From positions 1-45,252 of the IMG/VR virus record IMGVR_UViG_3300032373_000028: DNA of 45,252 nucleotides; one strand, written 5' to 3'. This DNA is from a virus. Lineage: Duplodnaviria > Caudoviricetes. Position 1 is the first letter of the stretch. Each line of letters begins with the position of its first letter. The position numbers and the translations under genes are program-made. Positions 32,991-42,037 of this stretch are shown in pieces. Below the pieces are notes generated by a model. That model was not told the DNA's origin. It worked only from the letters and a program-made list of their open reading frames with translations, and did no database searches.

Positions 32991-33036
32991 GACCTAACCC
33001 CTCCCCTTGTCCCCTCATTCATAGAGGTACACTCCA

Positions 33037-34050
33037 ATGGCTAACGGCAACACCGCCCCCAGCCGCTTGGGTGATATCAACTCTGCTGCTGGTTCTTCCA
33101 CCGCAGAGGCCAACTTCGCTCTCTTCCTCAAGAAGTTCAGCGGAGAGGTTCTCACCCAGTTCAAACTGGCTAACGTCTTCATGGCGTTGCATAAAGTCCG
33201 GACGATTAGTTCCGGCAAGTCCGCTCAGTTCCCCGTCCTCGGTACGGCTGGCTCGAGCTACCACACTCCTGGTGAGGATATCGTTGATGCTGGTAACAGC
33301 TATCTCAGCGAGATCCTGCACGCTGAGCGGGTCATCTCGATTGACCACGTCCTGCAGAGTTCGACCTTCATCGCGTCGATTGATGAACTCATCAACCACT
33401 ACGATGTTCGCTCGATGTACGCCACTGAACTGGCGTTCGCTCTCAGCAAGACGTTCGATCAGAACGCCGCTCGTATGGTCGTGAAGGCTGCCCGTGATTC
33501 GGCAACCATCACCGGCACCAACGGTGGCGCTGCGATCACTAACGCCAGTACCGCCCCTGCTACGGCTGCTGCTACCAAAGCAACGGCTTATGTGGACGCG
33601 ATCTACGAAGCCGCTCAAACTCTGGAAGGTAAGGCTGTCGCCCCCTCCGAGTGTGTGGCTGTTGTCCCCATCGCAGCCTACTACGACATCGCTCGCCATG
33701 AGTCGACCCTGGTCAACCGTGACTTCGTCGTCAACAACGGTGACTACTCGCGTGCCGAAGTGGTTCGTGTCGCTGACGTCCGTCTGGTCAAGTCCACCAA
33801 CTTGCCCACGGCTGACGAATCGACTCCGCCCGCCGAAGCAGCGTTCCAGCGGAACGACTACAACGCGGACTTCTCGACGTCGACGGGAGTGGTCTTCCAC
33901 CCCTCGGCTATCGGTACGGTGAAGCGTCAAGACCTCACCACCGAGTCTGAGTACCAGATGAGCCGTCAAGGCCACCTGATGCTCGCCAAGATGCTGACTG
34001 GTACGGGCGTCCTTCGCCCCGAGTCGGCTGTTGAATTGAAGTCTGCATAG
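33037..34050 (+). CDS. Major capsid protein (T7 gp10-like)
   Basis: ALFLKKFSGEVLT, RTISSGKSAQFPVLG, HYDVRS.Y..E and GTGVLRPE. Confidence 0.97.
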   Translation: MANGNTAPSRLGDINSAAGSSTAEANFALFLKKFSGEVLTQFKLANVFMALHKVRTISSGKSAQFPVLGTAGSSYHTPGEDIVDAGNSYLSEILHAERVISIDHVLQSSTFIASIDELINHYDVRSMYATELAFALSKTFDQNAARMVVKAARDSATITGTNGGAAITNASTAPATAAATKATAYVDAIYEAAQTLEGKAVAPSECVAVVPIAAYYDIARHESTLVNRDFVVNNGDYSRAEVVRVADVRLVKSTNLPTADESTPPAEAAFQRNDYNADFSTSTGVVFHPSAIGTVKRQDLTTESEYQMSRQGHLMLAKMLTGTGVLRPESAVELKSA

Positions 34051-34060
34051 ACCAGCCTCT

Positions 34061-34126
34061 AGTCCTTAGGGACTTTCGCTGCCTTGCCTCGGTCCTCTAC
34101 CAGTTCTCCCCTGCTGGTAGGGGGCC
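34061..34126 (+). terminator. Post-capsid hairpins (Tphi-like position)
   Basis: agtcc-ttag-ggact-tt at 34061-34076 and a 13-bp stem at 34091-34103/34114-34126. The T tails are weak. Confidence 0.4.
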
Positions 34127-34137
34127 ACCTTACACCT

Positions 34138-34602
34138 ATGAAAACCAAGCCGATAGAACTCACTGATAGTCTCCGGCACCGCTTCCATAGTAAATACATT
34201 CCTAGCGAGGACGGCTGCTGGGACTGGACTGCTGCGGTCAGCTCCGCTGGTTACGGAGTCATCCAAGCAGGCGGACGGACCAATAGCCTCCTTCTCGCAC
34301 ACAGGGTGGCCTACTCTATTCATACAGGTTCTATCGCAGAAGGGCGTGTCATCGACCACCTATGTCGGAACCGCAGATGCGTGAACCCGTACCATCTCGA
34401 AGCTGTATCCTTCGAGGAGAACGTGCGGAGAGGGGACACATACTCCTCAGGGAGCCCGCGCCGCGACAAGAAACACTGCCCCCAGGGACACCCGTACTCC
34501 GGAGACAATCTTCGGATGAACTCCAACGGCTCCCGCTCCTGCCGCACCTGTATCAAGGCCAACGCCCGTCGCCGCTACCTGGAGTCTAAATCATGCCTCT
34601 AG
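34138..34602 (+). mobile_element. HNH homing endonuclease with C-terminal zinc finger (start revised to ATG 34138)
   Basis: CWDWTA...GYG...AHRVAY...IDHLCRNRRCVNPYHL...EN and HCPQGH...CRTC. Confidence 0.9.
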
Positions 34603-35174
34603 CACTCACCACCAAGCTACAGGCAACGAACGCTCTCCTCGCAGCTGTACGTCAGGCTCCTGTCCAGACCATCGCCGGAGACCTCGGAGCCGACACCGCT
34701 ATGGCGGTAGCCCTCCTCGAGGATCGCTCACGGGCCGTGCAGTCTGCCGGGTGGCATTGGAACACCGTGCCCAAGCTAACCCTCTCACCGAACACGTCAG
34801 GAGAGATCGTACTCCCTGAAGGCGTGGTCTCCGCTGACCCTGTCCCCGGTGAATACACTGACATCGACGTCACTGTCCGAGGGGAGAAGCTGTTCGATAA
34901 GAAGAACGCCACCTACACGTTCACCAAGGACGTGAAGGTCACAGCTACCTACCTCCTCGACTGGACTGAACTCCCCGAGCAGGCCCGGAGCTACATCTTC
35001 CACAGCGCCGCCCGACGCTTCCAGGACCGCCTCCTAGGCTCCCGAGAAGACCACTTCTACCAGCAGCAGGATGAGGCTGAGGCTCTCGCCATCCTGAAGC
35101 TCTGGGACTCCGAACAAGCGGACAACTCGATCTTCCAGGCAGACGTCACGCTGAACTCCCTGCTGAGGTACTAG
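34593..35174 (+). CDS. Tail tubular protein A (T7 gp11-like adaptor)
   Basis: TKLQATNALL...VQSAGWHWN...LPEQARSYI...AARRFQ. Confidence 0.92.
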   Translation: MPLALTTKLQATNALLAAVRQAPVQTIAGDLGADTAMAVALLEDRSRAVQSAGWHWNTVPKLTLSPNTSGEIVLPEGVVSADPVPGEYTDIDVTVRGEKLFDKKNATYTFTKDVKVTATYLLDWTELPEQARSYIFHSAARRFQDRLLGSREDHFYQQQDEAEALAILKLWDSEQADNSIFQADVTLNSLLRY

Positions 35175-35177
35175 ACC

Positions 35178-38100
35178 ATGCCCATCAGCGTCTCCTTCCC
35201 GAGCCTGATCCAGGGGGTGTCCCAACAACCGGACTCCCTCCGCTTCAGCTCTCAGGCAAAGGCAGCTGATAACGTCTACATGAGCCCCATCGACGGGGTC
35301 ATCCCTAGGCACTCCACGAACACCATCGCTCAGGTGACTGGTGGTGACGGAGGGTCCAGTGTCCTCCACACCATCGACCGTGATGAGAGTGAACGCTACC
35401 TCGTCAGCATCAGCCACGAGCAGGCTCGAGTCTTCGACCTGAATGGTCGGGAGTACGGTGTCTTCGCTAACTCAGCCGGAGCCATCGCTGACTTCAGCTA
35501 CCTCGACGCCTCCGCTGCCCTAGACAACCAAGTCTCCTTCAACGACTGGTCGTCCGGCACCTGGACGGTGAACGCTCAGGGTGTCACCCCTCTAGCAGCC
35601 TCCAACTACTCAGGCCCCTACGGCACTGGTACACCCTACCGCTTCAGTGCTGACGTCTCGGCCACAGCTGCTGCCCAATACTCCAGGTCAGCCGGCATCT
35701 TCGCTGAGGACGGCCTCCCTCAGATGGTGCAGTGCTTCTTCAGGGTCACCTCTGAGCTAGTCCCCGCCACCTCCATCGACATCGGCTTCCAGAAGCCTGG
35801 TGGCTCCCCGGTCCAGGCTCTAGCCCGCTGGTATCCCGGCACCAACACTGTCACCAAGGTCCTTGCTGACCAGGCAGGTATCGTCGCCTATGAGGACGGC
35901 TGGTACATGGTCTGGGCGAGCTTCGACACTGCCTCCTCCGCCAGCTTCACGGCAGGCGATACCCGAGAGGTCTGGGTCTCCATCGAGGAGGACCTCCAGA
36001 CTGGTGGACAGAACAGTAAGTCAGCTCTCATCTGGGGCCTCGTCGTCCTCGAGAACTCCTCGACCTACGTCGAGCCCATCCCCACCAAGCTGCCCTTCAA
36101 GGCTCAATCGGTGGTGGACTACACCTTCCTCCTGAACACTGAGATCCAGCCCACGCTGGGTACTGCCACGGCCCCTGGTCTTGACGCTAACGGTGAGGCA
36201 CTGGTCTTCGTCAAGCAGATCGCTAACGGAACCGTCTACCACGTCAAGGTCACCACCTCTGCTGGCGCTGAGGAGTTCCGTGCAGCTGTCATCGGACAGA
36301 ACGCCAACGGCACCTCCTACAACACGACCACCGGACCCACCGCCCTCACAGCTCCCGACGTGGGCTGGGCGCGGAGCAACGTCGACCCTGAGGCTAACCT
36401 CGTCGTCGAGACCCTCGAGACCTCCATCGACACTGACGCCCTAGTGGTGAGTGTGGATGTGGAAGTGAAGGGCCCTGTCCTCCACATCTCAGGGACGGGC
36501 GGAGAGACGCTTGAGAGCGTCGAGGTGTGGACTTCTAAGGACTCCGCTAGGTACATCACAGTCCTCGATGAGGAGGGCGTAGAGACGCTCACAGACCTCC
36601 CTACGGTAGCCCCTAACGACTTCGTCGTGAAGGTCTCTGGGGACGCCTCAGAGGAGCTGGATGACTACTGGGTGAAGTTCGTCGGTAAGGAGACCACAGG
36701 TCTCTCCGAAGGCTACTGGGAAGAAGCTGCTGCCCCTGGTGAGGTCATCGACCTGGCCCCGGCCACGATGCCCCATCAGCTGGTGAGGCGTGTCTCCACG
36801 GGGGGCATCCCTGGTGCTCCCGGAACCATCTACTTCACCTTCGAGGCTGGAGAGTGGGCTGACAGGGCTGTGGGAAGTGACGTGTCTAACAAGGCTCCTA
36901 GCTTCATCAGCACTGAGTTCACCCGCACCATCTCGGACATCTTCTTCCATGAGAACCGTCTAGGGTTCCTGTCGGATCAGAACGTCATCCTCAGCGAAGC
37001 TGGAGGCTACTTCAACTTCTGGCGCTCAAGCACCAACTACGGGATCGTAGCTAGTGACCGTGTCGACCTGGCGGCCTCCACCACTGAGGTCACCAAGTTC
37101 CAGTCAGCTGCCGCCTTCGAGGGAGAGCTGATGGTCTTCGCAGACAACTCCCAGTGGCTGCTCACCAGCACGGACGTCTTCGCTCCTGACACTGCTGAGC
37201 TGAAGCCGGTCCTCGACTACCGGATCAACAGCCGTGTCCGCCCTGCCCCTGTGGCCGGCTCTGTCGTCTTCCCCTTCAAGCGGGGGGACTACTCAGGCTG
37301 CCGTGAGGTCATCCGTCGACAGGACGGCCTGAGCTTCGATGCACCGGACATCACTGTCCAGATCCCTAGCTACATCAGCGGGGACATCGTTGAGATGGTG
37401 GCCTCTCCCCTCGAGGAGATGATGGTCCTCCGGACCTCAGGTCTCACCAACGGCTTCTACGTCTACAAGTGGTTCCAGCCCGGCAACGAGCGGGTCCAGT
37501 CTGCTTGGTATCGCTACACCTTCGAGAGTGGCGCTAAGGTCCGTGGGGTGAGCTGGATTGAGAACGACCTCTACGTCCTCATCCTCCACAGTGACGGTCT
37601 CTACATCGAGAAGATGGAGGTCCGCCCTCAGCCTGTCGATACAGGTGGGACCTACCACACTCGTCTGGACAGGCGCTACAGGACCACTGACTCAGGAGCC
37701 ACTGCAGCCCTGGTCGGTACTGACACCCACTGGACTCTCCCCTACACCGTCACCACAGACTTCGTTGCTGTGGACGCTGTGACTGGGAAGACCCATGAGT
37801 TCACCGTCGACACAGGTAAGGCCGTCTTCACTGGCGACCTCACCACAGCCGACCTCTACATCGGGCTCCCCTTCACCTGGACCTACACCTTCGCTACGCC
37901 GCACATCAAGCAGCAGCAGGGTCAAGGTGAGTCTGTGGACCGCACAGGCCGTCTCCAGGTCCTCTATGGGAACCTTGAGTACGAAGACTCCGCCTACTTC
38001 AGGGTAGACGTCAGCCGTACAGGCCAAGCCTGGAGCTATGTCCACACTGGCTCTCCTACGGGAGAGTACGTCCTGGGGCAAGCCAACCTCGACAGCGGTA

Positions 38101-38234
38101 ACTTCCGCTTCCCCATCCTCCTGAGGAACACTGAAGCCACGGTATCAGTGACATCTTCCTCCCCCCTACCGGCCCGCCTACTGAGTATCGAATGGGAGAG
38201 CCAATTCAATCCACGGACCTCGAGGGTAGGGTAG
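35178..38234 (+). CDS. Tail tubular protein B (T7 gp12-like nozzle) with an inserted domain
   Basis: LIQGVSQQPDSLR, WEEAAAPG...TMPHQLVR, FHENRLGFLS and QSAWYRY. At 1018 aa it is longer than T7 gp12 (about 790 aa). Confidence 0.93.
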   Translation: MPISVSFPSLIQGVSQQPDSLRFSSQAKAADNVYMSPIDGVIPRHSTNTIAQVTGGDGGSSVLHTIDRDESERYLVSISHEQARVFDLNGREYGVFANSAGAIADFSYLDASAALDNQVSFNDWSSGTWTVNAQGVTPLAASNYSGPYGTGTPYRFSADVSATAAAQYSRSAGIFAEDGLPQMVQCFFRVTSELVPATSIDIGFQKPGGSPVQALARWYPGTNTVTKVLADQAGIVAYEDGWYMVWASFDTASSASFTAGDTREVWVSIEEDLQTGGQNSKSALIWGLVVLENSSTYVEPIPTKLPFKAQSVVDYTFLLNTEIQPTLGTATAPGLDANGEALVFVKQIANGTVYHVKVTTSAGAEEFRAAVIGQNANGTSYNTTTGPTALTAPDVGWARSNVDPEANLVVETLETSIDTDALVVSVDVEVKGPVLHISGTGGETLESVEVWTSKDSARYITVLDEEGVETLTDLPTVAPNDFVVKVSGDASEELDDYWVKFVGKETTGLSEGYWEEAAAPGEVIDLAPATMPHQLVRRVSTGGIPGAPGTIYFTFEAGEWADRAVGSDVSNKAPSFISTEFTRTISDIFFHENRLGFLSDQNVILSEAGGYFNFWRSSTNYGIVASDRVDLAASTTEVTKFQSAAAFEGELMVFADNSQWLLTSTDVFAPDTAELKPVLDYRINSRVRPAPVAGSVVFPFKRGDYSGCREVIRRQDGLSFDAPDITVQIPSYISGDIVEMVASPLEEMMVLRTSGLTNGFYVYKWFQPGNERVQSAWYRYTFESGAKVRGVSWIENDLYVLILHSDGLYIEKMEVRPQPVDTGGTYHTRLDRRYRTTDSGATAALVGTDTHWTLPYTVTTDFVAVDAVTGKTHEFTVDTGKAVFTGDLTTADLYIGLPFTWTYTFATPHIKQQQGQGESVDRTGRLQVLYGNLEYEDSAYFRVDVSRTGQAWSYVHTGSPTGEYVLGQANLDSGNFRFPILLRNTEATVSVTSSSPLPARLLSIEWESQFNPRTSRVG

Positions 38235-38680
38235 ACATTGAGCCTGTCTCAGTCCCCGCCGTCGTAGAGATCTGTGAGTTCCTCCGGGACACTGACAGGG
38301 CAGAGGTCTACGCCAACGGCTATGACGATGTCCTCGACGGTGTCTGGACTTCAGTCGTCCAGTCGGAGCAGGCGTATGTCGTCAGCTTCGAGGGAGCCCC
38401 GAGCTTCGTCTTCGGGGTGTCGATTCAGAACGACAACTCAGGCTACGTCTGGGCTGTCGGCACTGATGATGTGAATAAGTTCAGCATCCTCTTCGCTCGA
38501 GAGAGCCGGAAGTGGATGAACCAGCTCAGTGAAGGGAGGTCCTACCTCTGGACCCGATCCTTCATGGGTAACCCTGTCCACCACCGCTGGCTCGAGTGGT
38601 GCGGCTTCGACTTCGTTATGGCTTCCGCCCAGCCCCCCCACGGCCTCCAGTTCAAGACCTACGCTCGCCCATGTGCCTAA
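38192..38680 (+). CDS. T7 gp13-like GNAT-fold protein
   Basis: LRDTDRAEV...FGV...GYVWAVGT...N.VHHRWLEWCGF. Confidence 0.8.
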   Translation: MGEPIQSTDLEGRVDIEPVSVPAVVEICEFLRDTDRAEVYANGYDDVLDGVWTSVVQSEQAYVVSFEGAPSFVFGVSIQNDNSGYVWAVGTDDVNKFSILFARESRKWMNQLSEGRSYLWTRSFMGNPVHHRWLEWCGFDFVMASAQPPHGLQFKTYARPCA

Positions 38681-39291
38681 TCGCCGCCCAAGTCGCTCTA
38701 GCGGCAGGGCAGGCTGGGCTGGGTATCCACCAGCAGCGTCAGCAGCAGAAGTACGAGGAGGAGGGCCATGCGATCAACCAGGTCCTGGCCCAGCGAGACG
38801 CCATCAGGACCTTCGAGCAGAACGCTAAGCGTGAGCAGCAGGAGGTCCAGGCCGCAGCGTCCTCCATCAGCCGCACCACCCGTGAGGCTCAACAGGCTCA
38901 GGGTCTAGCTCGAGCTGCTGCCCCCACCACAGCCGGCGCTGACTTCGCTGCTCTCCTCGGTGACTTCGAGAAGCAACGTCTCCAGTCCGTCACTGACACC
39001 AAGACCAACCTGGCCTTCACCCGAGACCAGATCGCCACGGCCAACGAAGGTGTCACTGATGCCCAGTTCAGCCGTGTCCTCAGCACCACCCCCACCACCC
39101 AGCCTGACTACCTCGGAGCCTTGTTCCGCATCGCTGGTGCTGGGTTCGATGCCTTCGGTCAATCAGGCCGTGCTGGACGCCCTGCCGGTCGTGGTGAGTT
39201 CACCGCCTCAGCTCCTCTCCAGTCTGTCTACCACACCCCCCAAGGTCTCCCCTTCGGAGGAGGGATTCCGTTCGGAGTCCCCCGAACCTAA
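38671..39291 (+). CDS. Internal virion protein B (T7 gp14-like; start revised to ATG 38671)
   Basis: MC start, Ala/Gln-rich helical sequence, and synteny. Confidence 0.75.
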   Translation: MCLIAAQVALAAGQAGLGIHQQRQQQKYEEEGHAINQVLAQRDAIRTFEQNAKREQQEVQAAASSISRTTREAQQAQGLARAAAPTTAGADFAALLGDFEKQRLQSVTDTKTNLAFTRDQIATANEGVTDAQFSRVLSTTPTTQPDYLGALFRIAGAGFDAFGQSGRAGRPAGRGEFTASAPLQSVYHTPQGLPFGGGIPFGVPRT

Positions 39292-39295
39292 TTAG

Positions 39296-42037
39296 ATGCC
39301 CCGCCGTAAACAGGACTCGCTCCGTATCGAGCAGGGCATCCGTCCCGCTGCTTCTCCTGTCTCCGGCTACTCCGCCCCTCGCCTCCCCCGTCGTCGGACT
39401 GACCGCCTCGAGATCCTGTCTGTCCTCTCCCGTAGCTTGAGCGGATTCCTCGCCGGTAAGGAGCGGCAGCAGGAAGAAGGACTCGCTCAGGAGGGCAACA
39501 CGGCTGGGGCATCTGCCTACAACGACACTGCTGCTGCTCTTGATGCAGCGAGTCAGGAAGCCCTGCAGGGGAATAAGGGAGCCTTCAATAAGCTCATCTC
39601 CCAGGGCGTCATCCCTGCCCTCGGCTCTCCCTACGCCCAGCAGAACTTCGATAGGAAGGTAGCAGGCGGGATGCTCCGACAGCTCCAGCACCACGCTGAG
39701 CAGAGCCTTGTTGAGTGGACTCAGGTCGACCCCGCCCAAGGTGGAGGGGAGGCTCAGAACGTGGCCCAGCAGATGGCCGCTGCTCGTCAGCAGATGCTCG
39801 AGGACAACCCCCTCCTGGCTCAGTCCGAGGAGGCCCGTCAAGCCTTCGAGGAGGGCTTCGCTGCTCTAACTGCTGATGTTCAGGACCGGGGCAACAAGAT
39901 GATCGTCACCCGGAAGGACGAGCTGTGGCGAGAGGAGACTTCCGACAGCTACCAGGCCATCATCAACGGGGCTGTCGGTGCCGTCCAGTCTGGTGACCTG
40001 GAGAGCTTCTCGGCCCGCATGGCTACCGTCGTCGGTAACGTCGAGGACGACCACTCCGATGGCATGAAGGACAGCCGGAAGCTCTACGTCGGTGCTATCG
40101 AAGGCACCATCGAACAGCTCATCGCTGACGATGACCATGAGACAGCCGGCATCATCCTAGACAACGCCCGTGCCGTCCAGATCGGCCCTGAGGTTCTCGG
40201 GGAAGACGCTGCCTTCACCAAGCTGTTCGGTCAGCTGGAGAAGAGGATCAACGATGGCGAGGACACTGAGACTGACCGCCTGAACAAAGAGAATGATGGT
40301 CTTCGGAAGAAGGCTATGGATGAGTTCGGCTCCACGGTCATTCCCGAACTCATCTCCCAGCGGGGCTCCCAGCACGACATCAACACGTTCATCGAGAGCA
40401 AGACCCGAGAGCTGGCTGATGCTGGCAACCCCTACCTGGGGGATATGGTCCAGGAGATGGAACGCTGGCGAGGCACCCTCAGTCAGGAGCGCCCCGATGA
40501 CCTAGACACTGTCAGGAGCATCTCCCGACTGGTGGACTCAGGTGACCTTGTGAAGGCCCGTGAGGCCCTCTCCATCGCTCAGGACAATGGCCTACTGTCT
40601 GGATCTACAGCCGAGTCGCTGGACACAGACATCAAGGGAGGGGGATCTGAGGAGAAGTTCCGTAAGGGCTTCACCCCTTGGGTAACTATCCAAGAGACGG
40701 TTGACGCTGTCTCCATCAAGGGTATCCATCCCGATGCCCAGGACCCCTACCTGAAGCATCGCTTCGCTCTCCAGCAAGAGGCTAGTCAGTTGTGGTCCCA
40801 AGCCATCGCTGAGACCCAAGGTCAGGATGGTCAGGAGGGACTCCTCCGTATCAGGGCTAATGAGATCGCTGCAGATGTCCAGGCTAAGAACGATGCCTTC
40901 CTGGCTCCTATCAGGGAAGCCGGTCAGAAAGCTCGCGCTGAGATCGAGGATCTACTCCTCCGTCACCAAGACCCGAGCCAAGTCATCTCTAAGGCTCTCA
41001 CCTCAGGAGCCATCAGCAACGAGGAAGCCGTAGGCTACGGAGCACGGGTGCCTCAGGCCGTCAACCTGGAGAGGTGGACCTCGTCCAACGGCCTCTACCA
41101 CGCAGGACGCGCTTCGCTGAAGAAGGCCCTCGAGGGTGACTTCGAGTACCAGTCCCTTCAAGAGGATGACCCCCAACTGGCTGACGCTACCCTAGAGGCT
41201 GTCTACACTGAGTTCGAGGAGGCGCACTCCGCGATGGTGAAGGAAGTCTTCGGGACAGTAGACCCAGCTGCCGTCGACTCAGAGATCATCAAGCGCCGGA
41301 AGGCTCTTATCAAAGATCACCGAACTGACATCACGGGCGAGCAGGCTACTGCAGCCGCTGAGGCTACTGCCCTAGAAGGCGCAGACAGTGAAGACGCTCT
41401 AGCTAAGAGAGCTTCCCGCGAGGTCCGTCAGATCCGCATTGAGGAAATGAGTCGTGTCCAGGCGTTCGAGAAAGAGAACCCCGGTAAGCCCTTCGTGGCT
41501 GTAGCTCCTGAGATACTTCAGGACCGTCGCCGCAACAGCCTGGTCGGTTATCGTGGGCTGGACTTCCACCGAGACCTGAATGAGTATCGAAGTGGGGATC
41601 TATCCCACACGCGAGGTTCCCTTGAGGTGTCCCGCTACCGCCTCCTGTCGGACGCCATCGTTGATGTGGACGGTATCGCCGGGGAGCGAAGCGAAGAGGT
41701 CCGTGAAGCTATCCTCGACTCTAGGAAGGTTATGGGGATGACTCCCGAGCAGATCATCGCCGGGAAGGTCTACATCCAACAACCGATCATCGAGGGTGCG
41801 GGTCAATTCCTTCACAAGGATCTAGGGGACATCTCAGCTGACTTCGACCCGAAGACCGAGTTCAACCCGTTCACCGACTTCATCTGGAGTTCCACCACAC
41901 AGATGGAACTGGATATCAAGCAGCGGCCTGAGATGCTGGAGAAGCTCTGGTCATCTATGGATGTGGCCCCTAGCGACATCAAGAACATCCTCTTCCGTCA
42001 GCGAGAGATGCTGAAGAACAATACACCTAAACGATAA
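39296..42037 (+). CDS. Internal virion protein C (T7 gp15-position)
   Basis: 913-aa helical protein lying between the gp14-like and gp16-like genes. Confidence 0.7.
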   Translation: MPRRKQDSLRIEQGIRPAASPVSGYSAPRLPRRRTDRLEILSVLSRSLSGFLAGKERQQEEGLAQEGNTAGASAYNDTAAALDAASQEALQGNKGAFNKLISQGVIPALGSPYAQQNFDRKVAGGMLRQLQHHAEQSLVEWTQVDPAQGGGEAQNVAQQMAAARQQMLEDNPLLAQSEEARQAFEEGFAALTADVQDRGNKMIVTRKDELWREETSDSYQAIINGAVGAVQSGDLESFSARMATVVGNVEDDHSDGMKDSRKLYVGAIEGTIEQLIADDDHETAGIILDNARAVQIGPEVLGEDAAFTKLFGQLEKRINDGEDTETDRLNKENDGLRKKAMDEFGSTVIPELISQRGSQHDINTFIESKTRELADAGNPYLGDMVQEMERWRGTLSQERPDDLDTVRSISRLVDSGDLVKAREALSIAQDNGLLSGSTAESLDTDIKGGGSEEKFRKGFTPWVTIQETVDAVSIKGIHPDAQDPYLKHRFALQQEASQLWSQAIAETQGQDGQEGLLRIRANEIAADVQAKNDAFLAPIREAGQKARAEIEDLLLRHQDPSQVISKALTSGAISNEEAVGYGARVPQAVNLERWTSSNGLYHAGRASLKKALEGDFEYQSLQEDDPQLADATLEAVYTEFEEAHSAMVKEVFGTVDPAAVDSEIIKRRKALIKDHRTDITGEQATAAAEATALEGADSEDALAKRASREVRQIRIEEMSRVQAFEKENPGKPFVAVAPEILQDRRRNSLVGYRGLDFHRDLNEYRSGDLSHTRGSLEVSRYRLLSDAIVDVDGIAGERSEEVREAILDSRKVMGMTPEQIIAGKVYIQQPIIEGAGQFLHKDLGDISADFDPKTEFNPFTDFIWSSTTQMELDIKQRPEMLEKLWSSMDVAPSDIKNILFRQREMLKNNTPKR

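Noticed and set aside
33990-34140. T7 10A/10B-type capsid frameshift
   Set aside because: No convincing slippery sequence near the capsid stop, and the downstream ORF is an HNH nuclease rather than a capsid extension.
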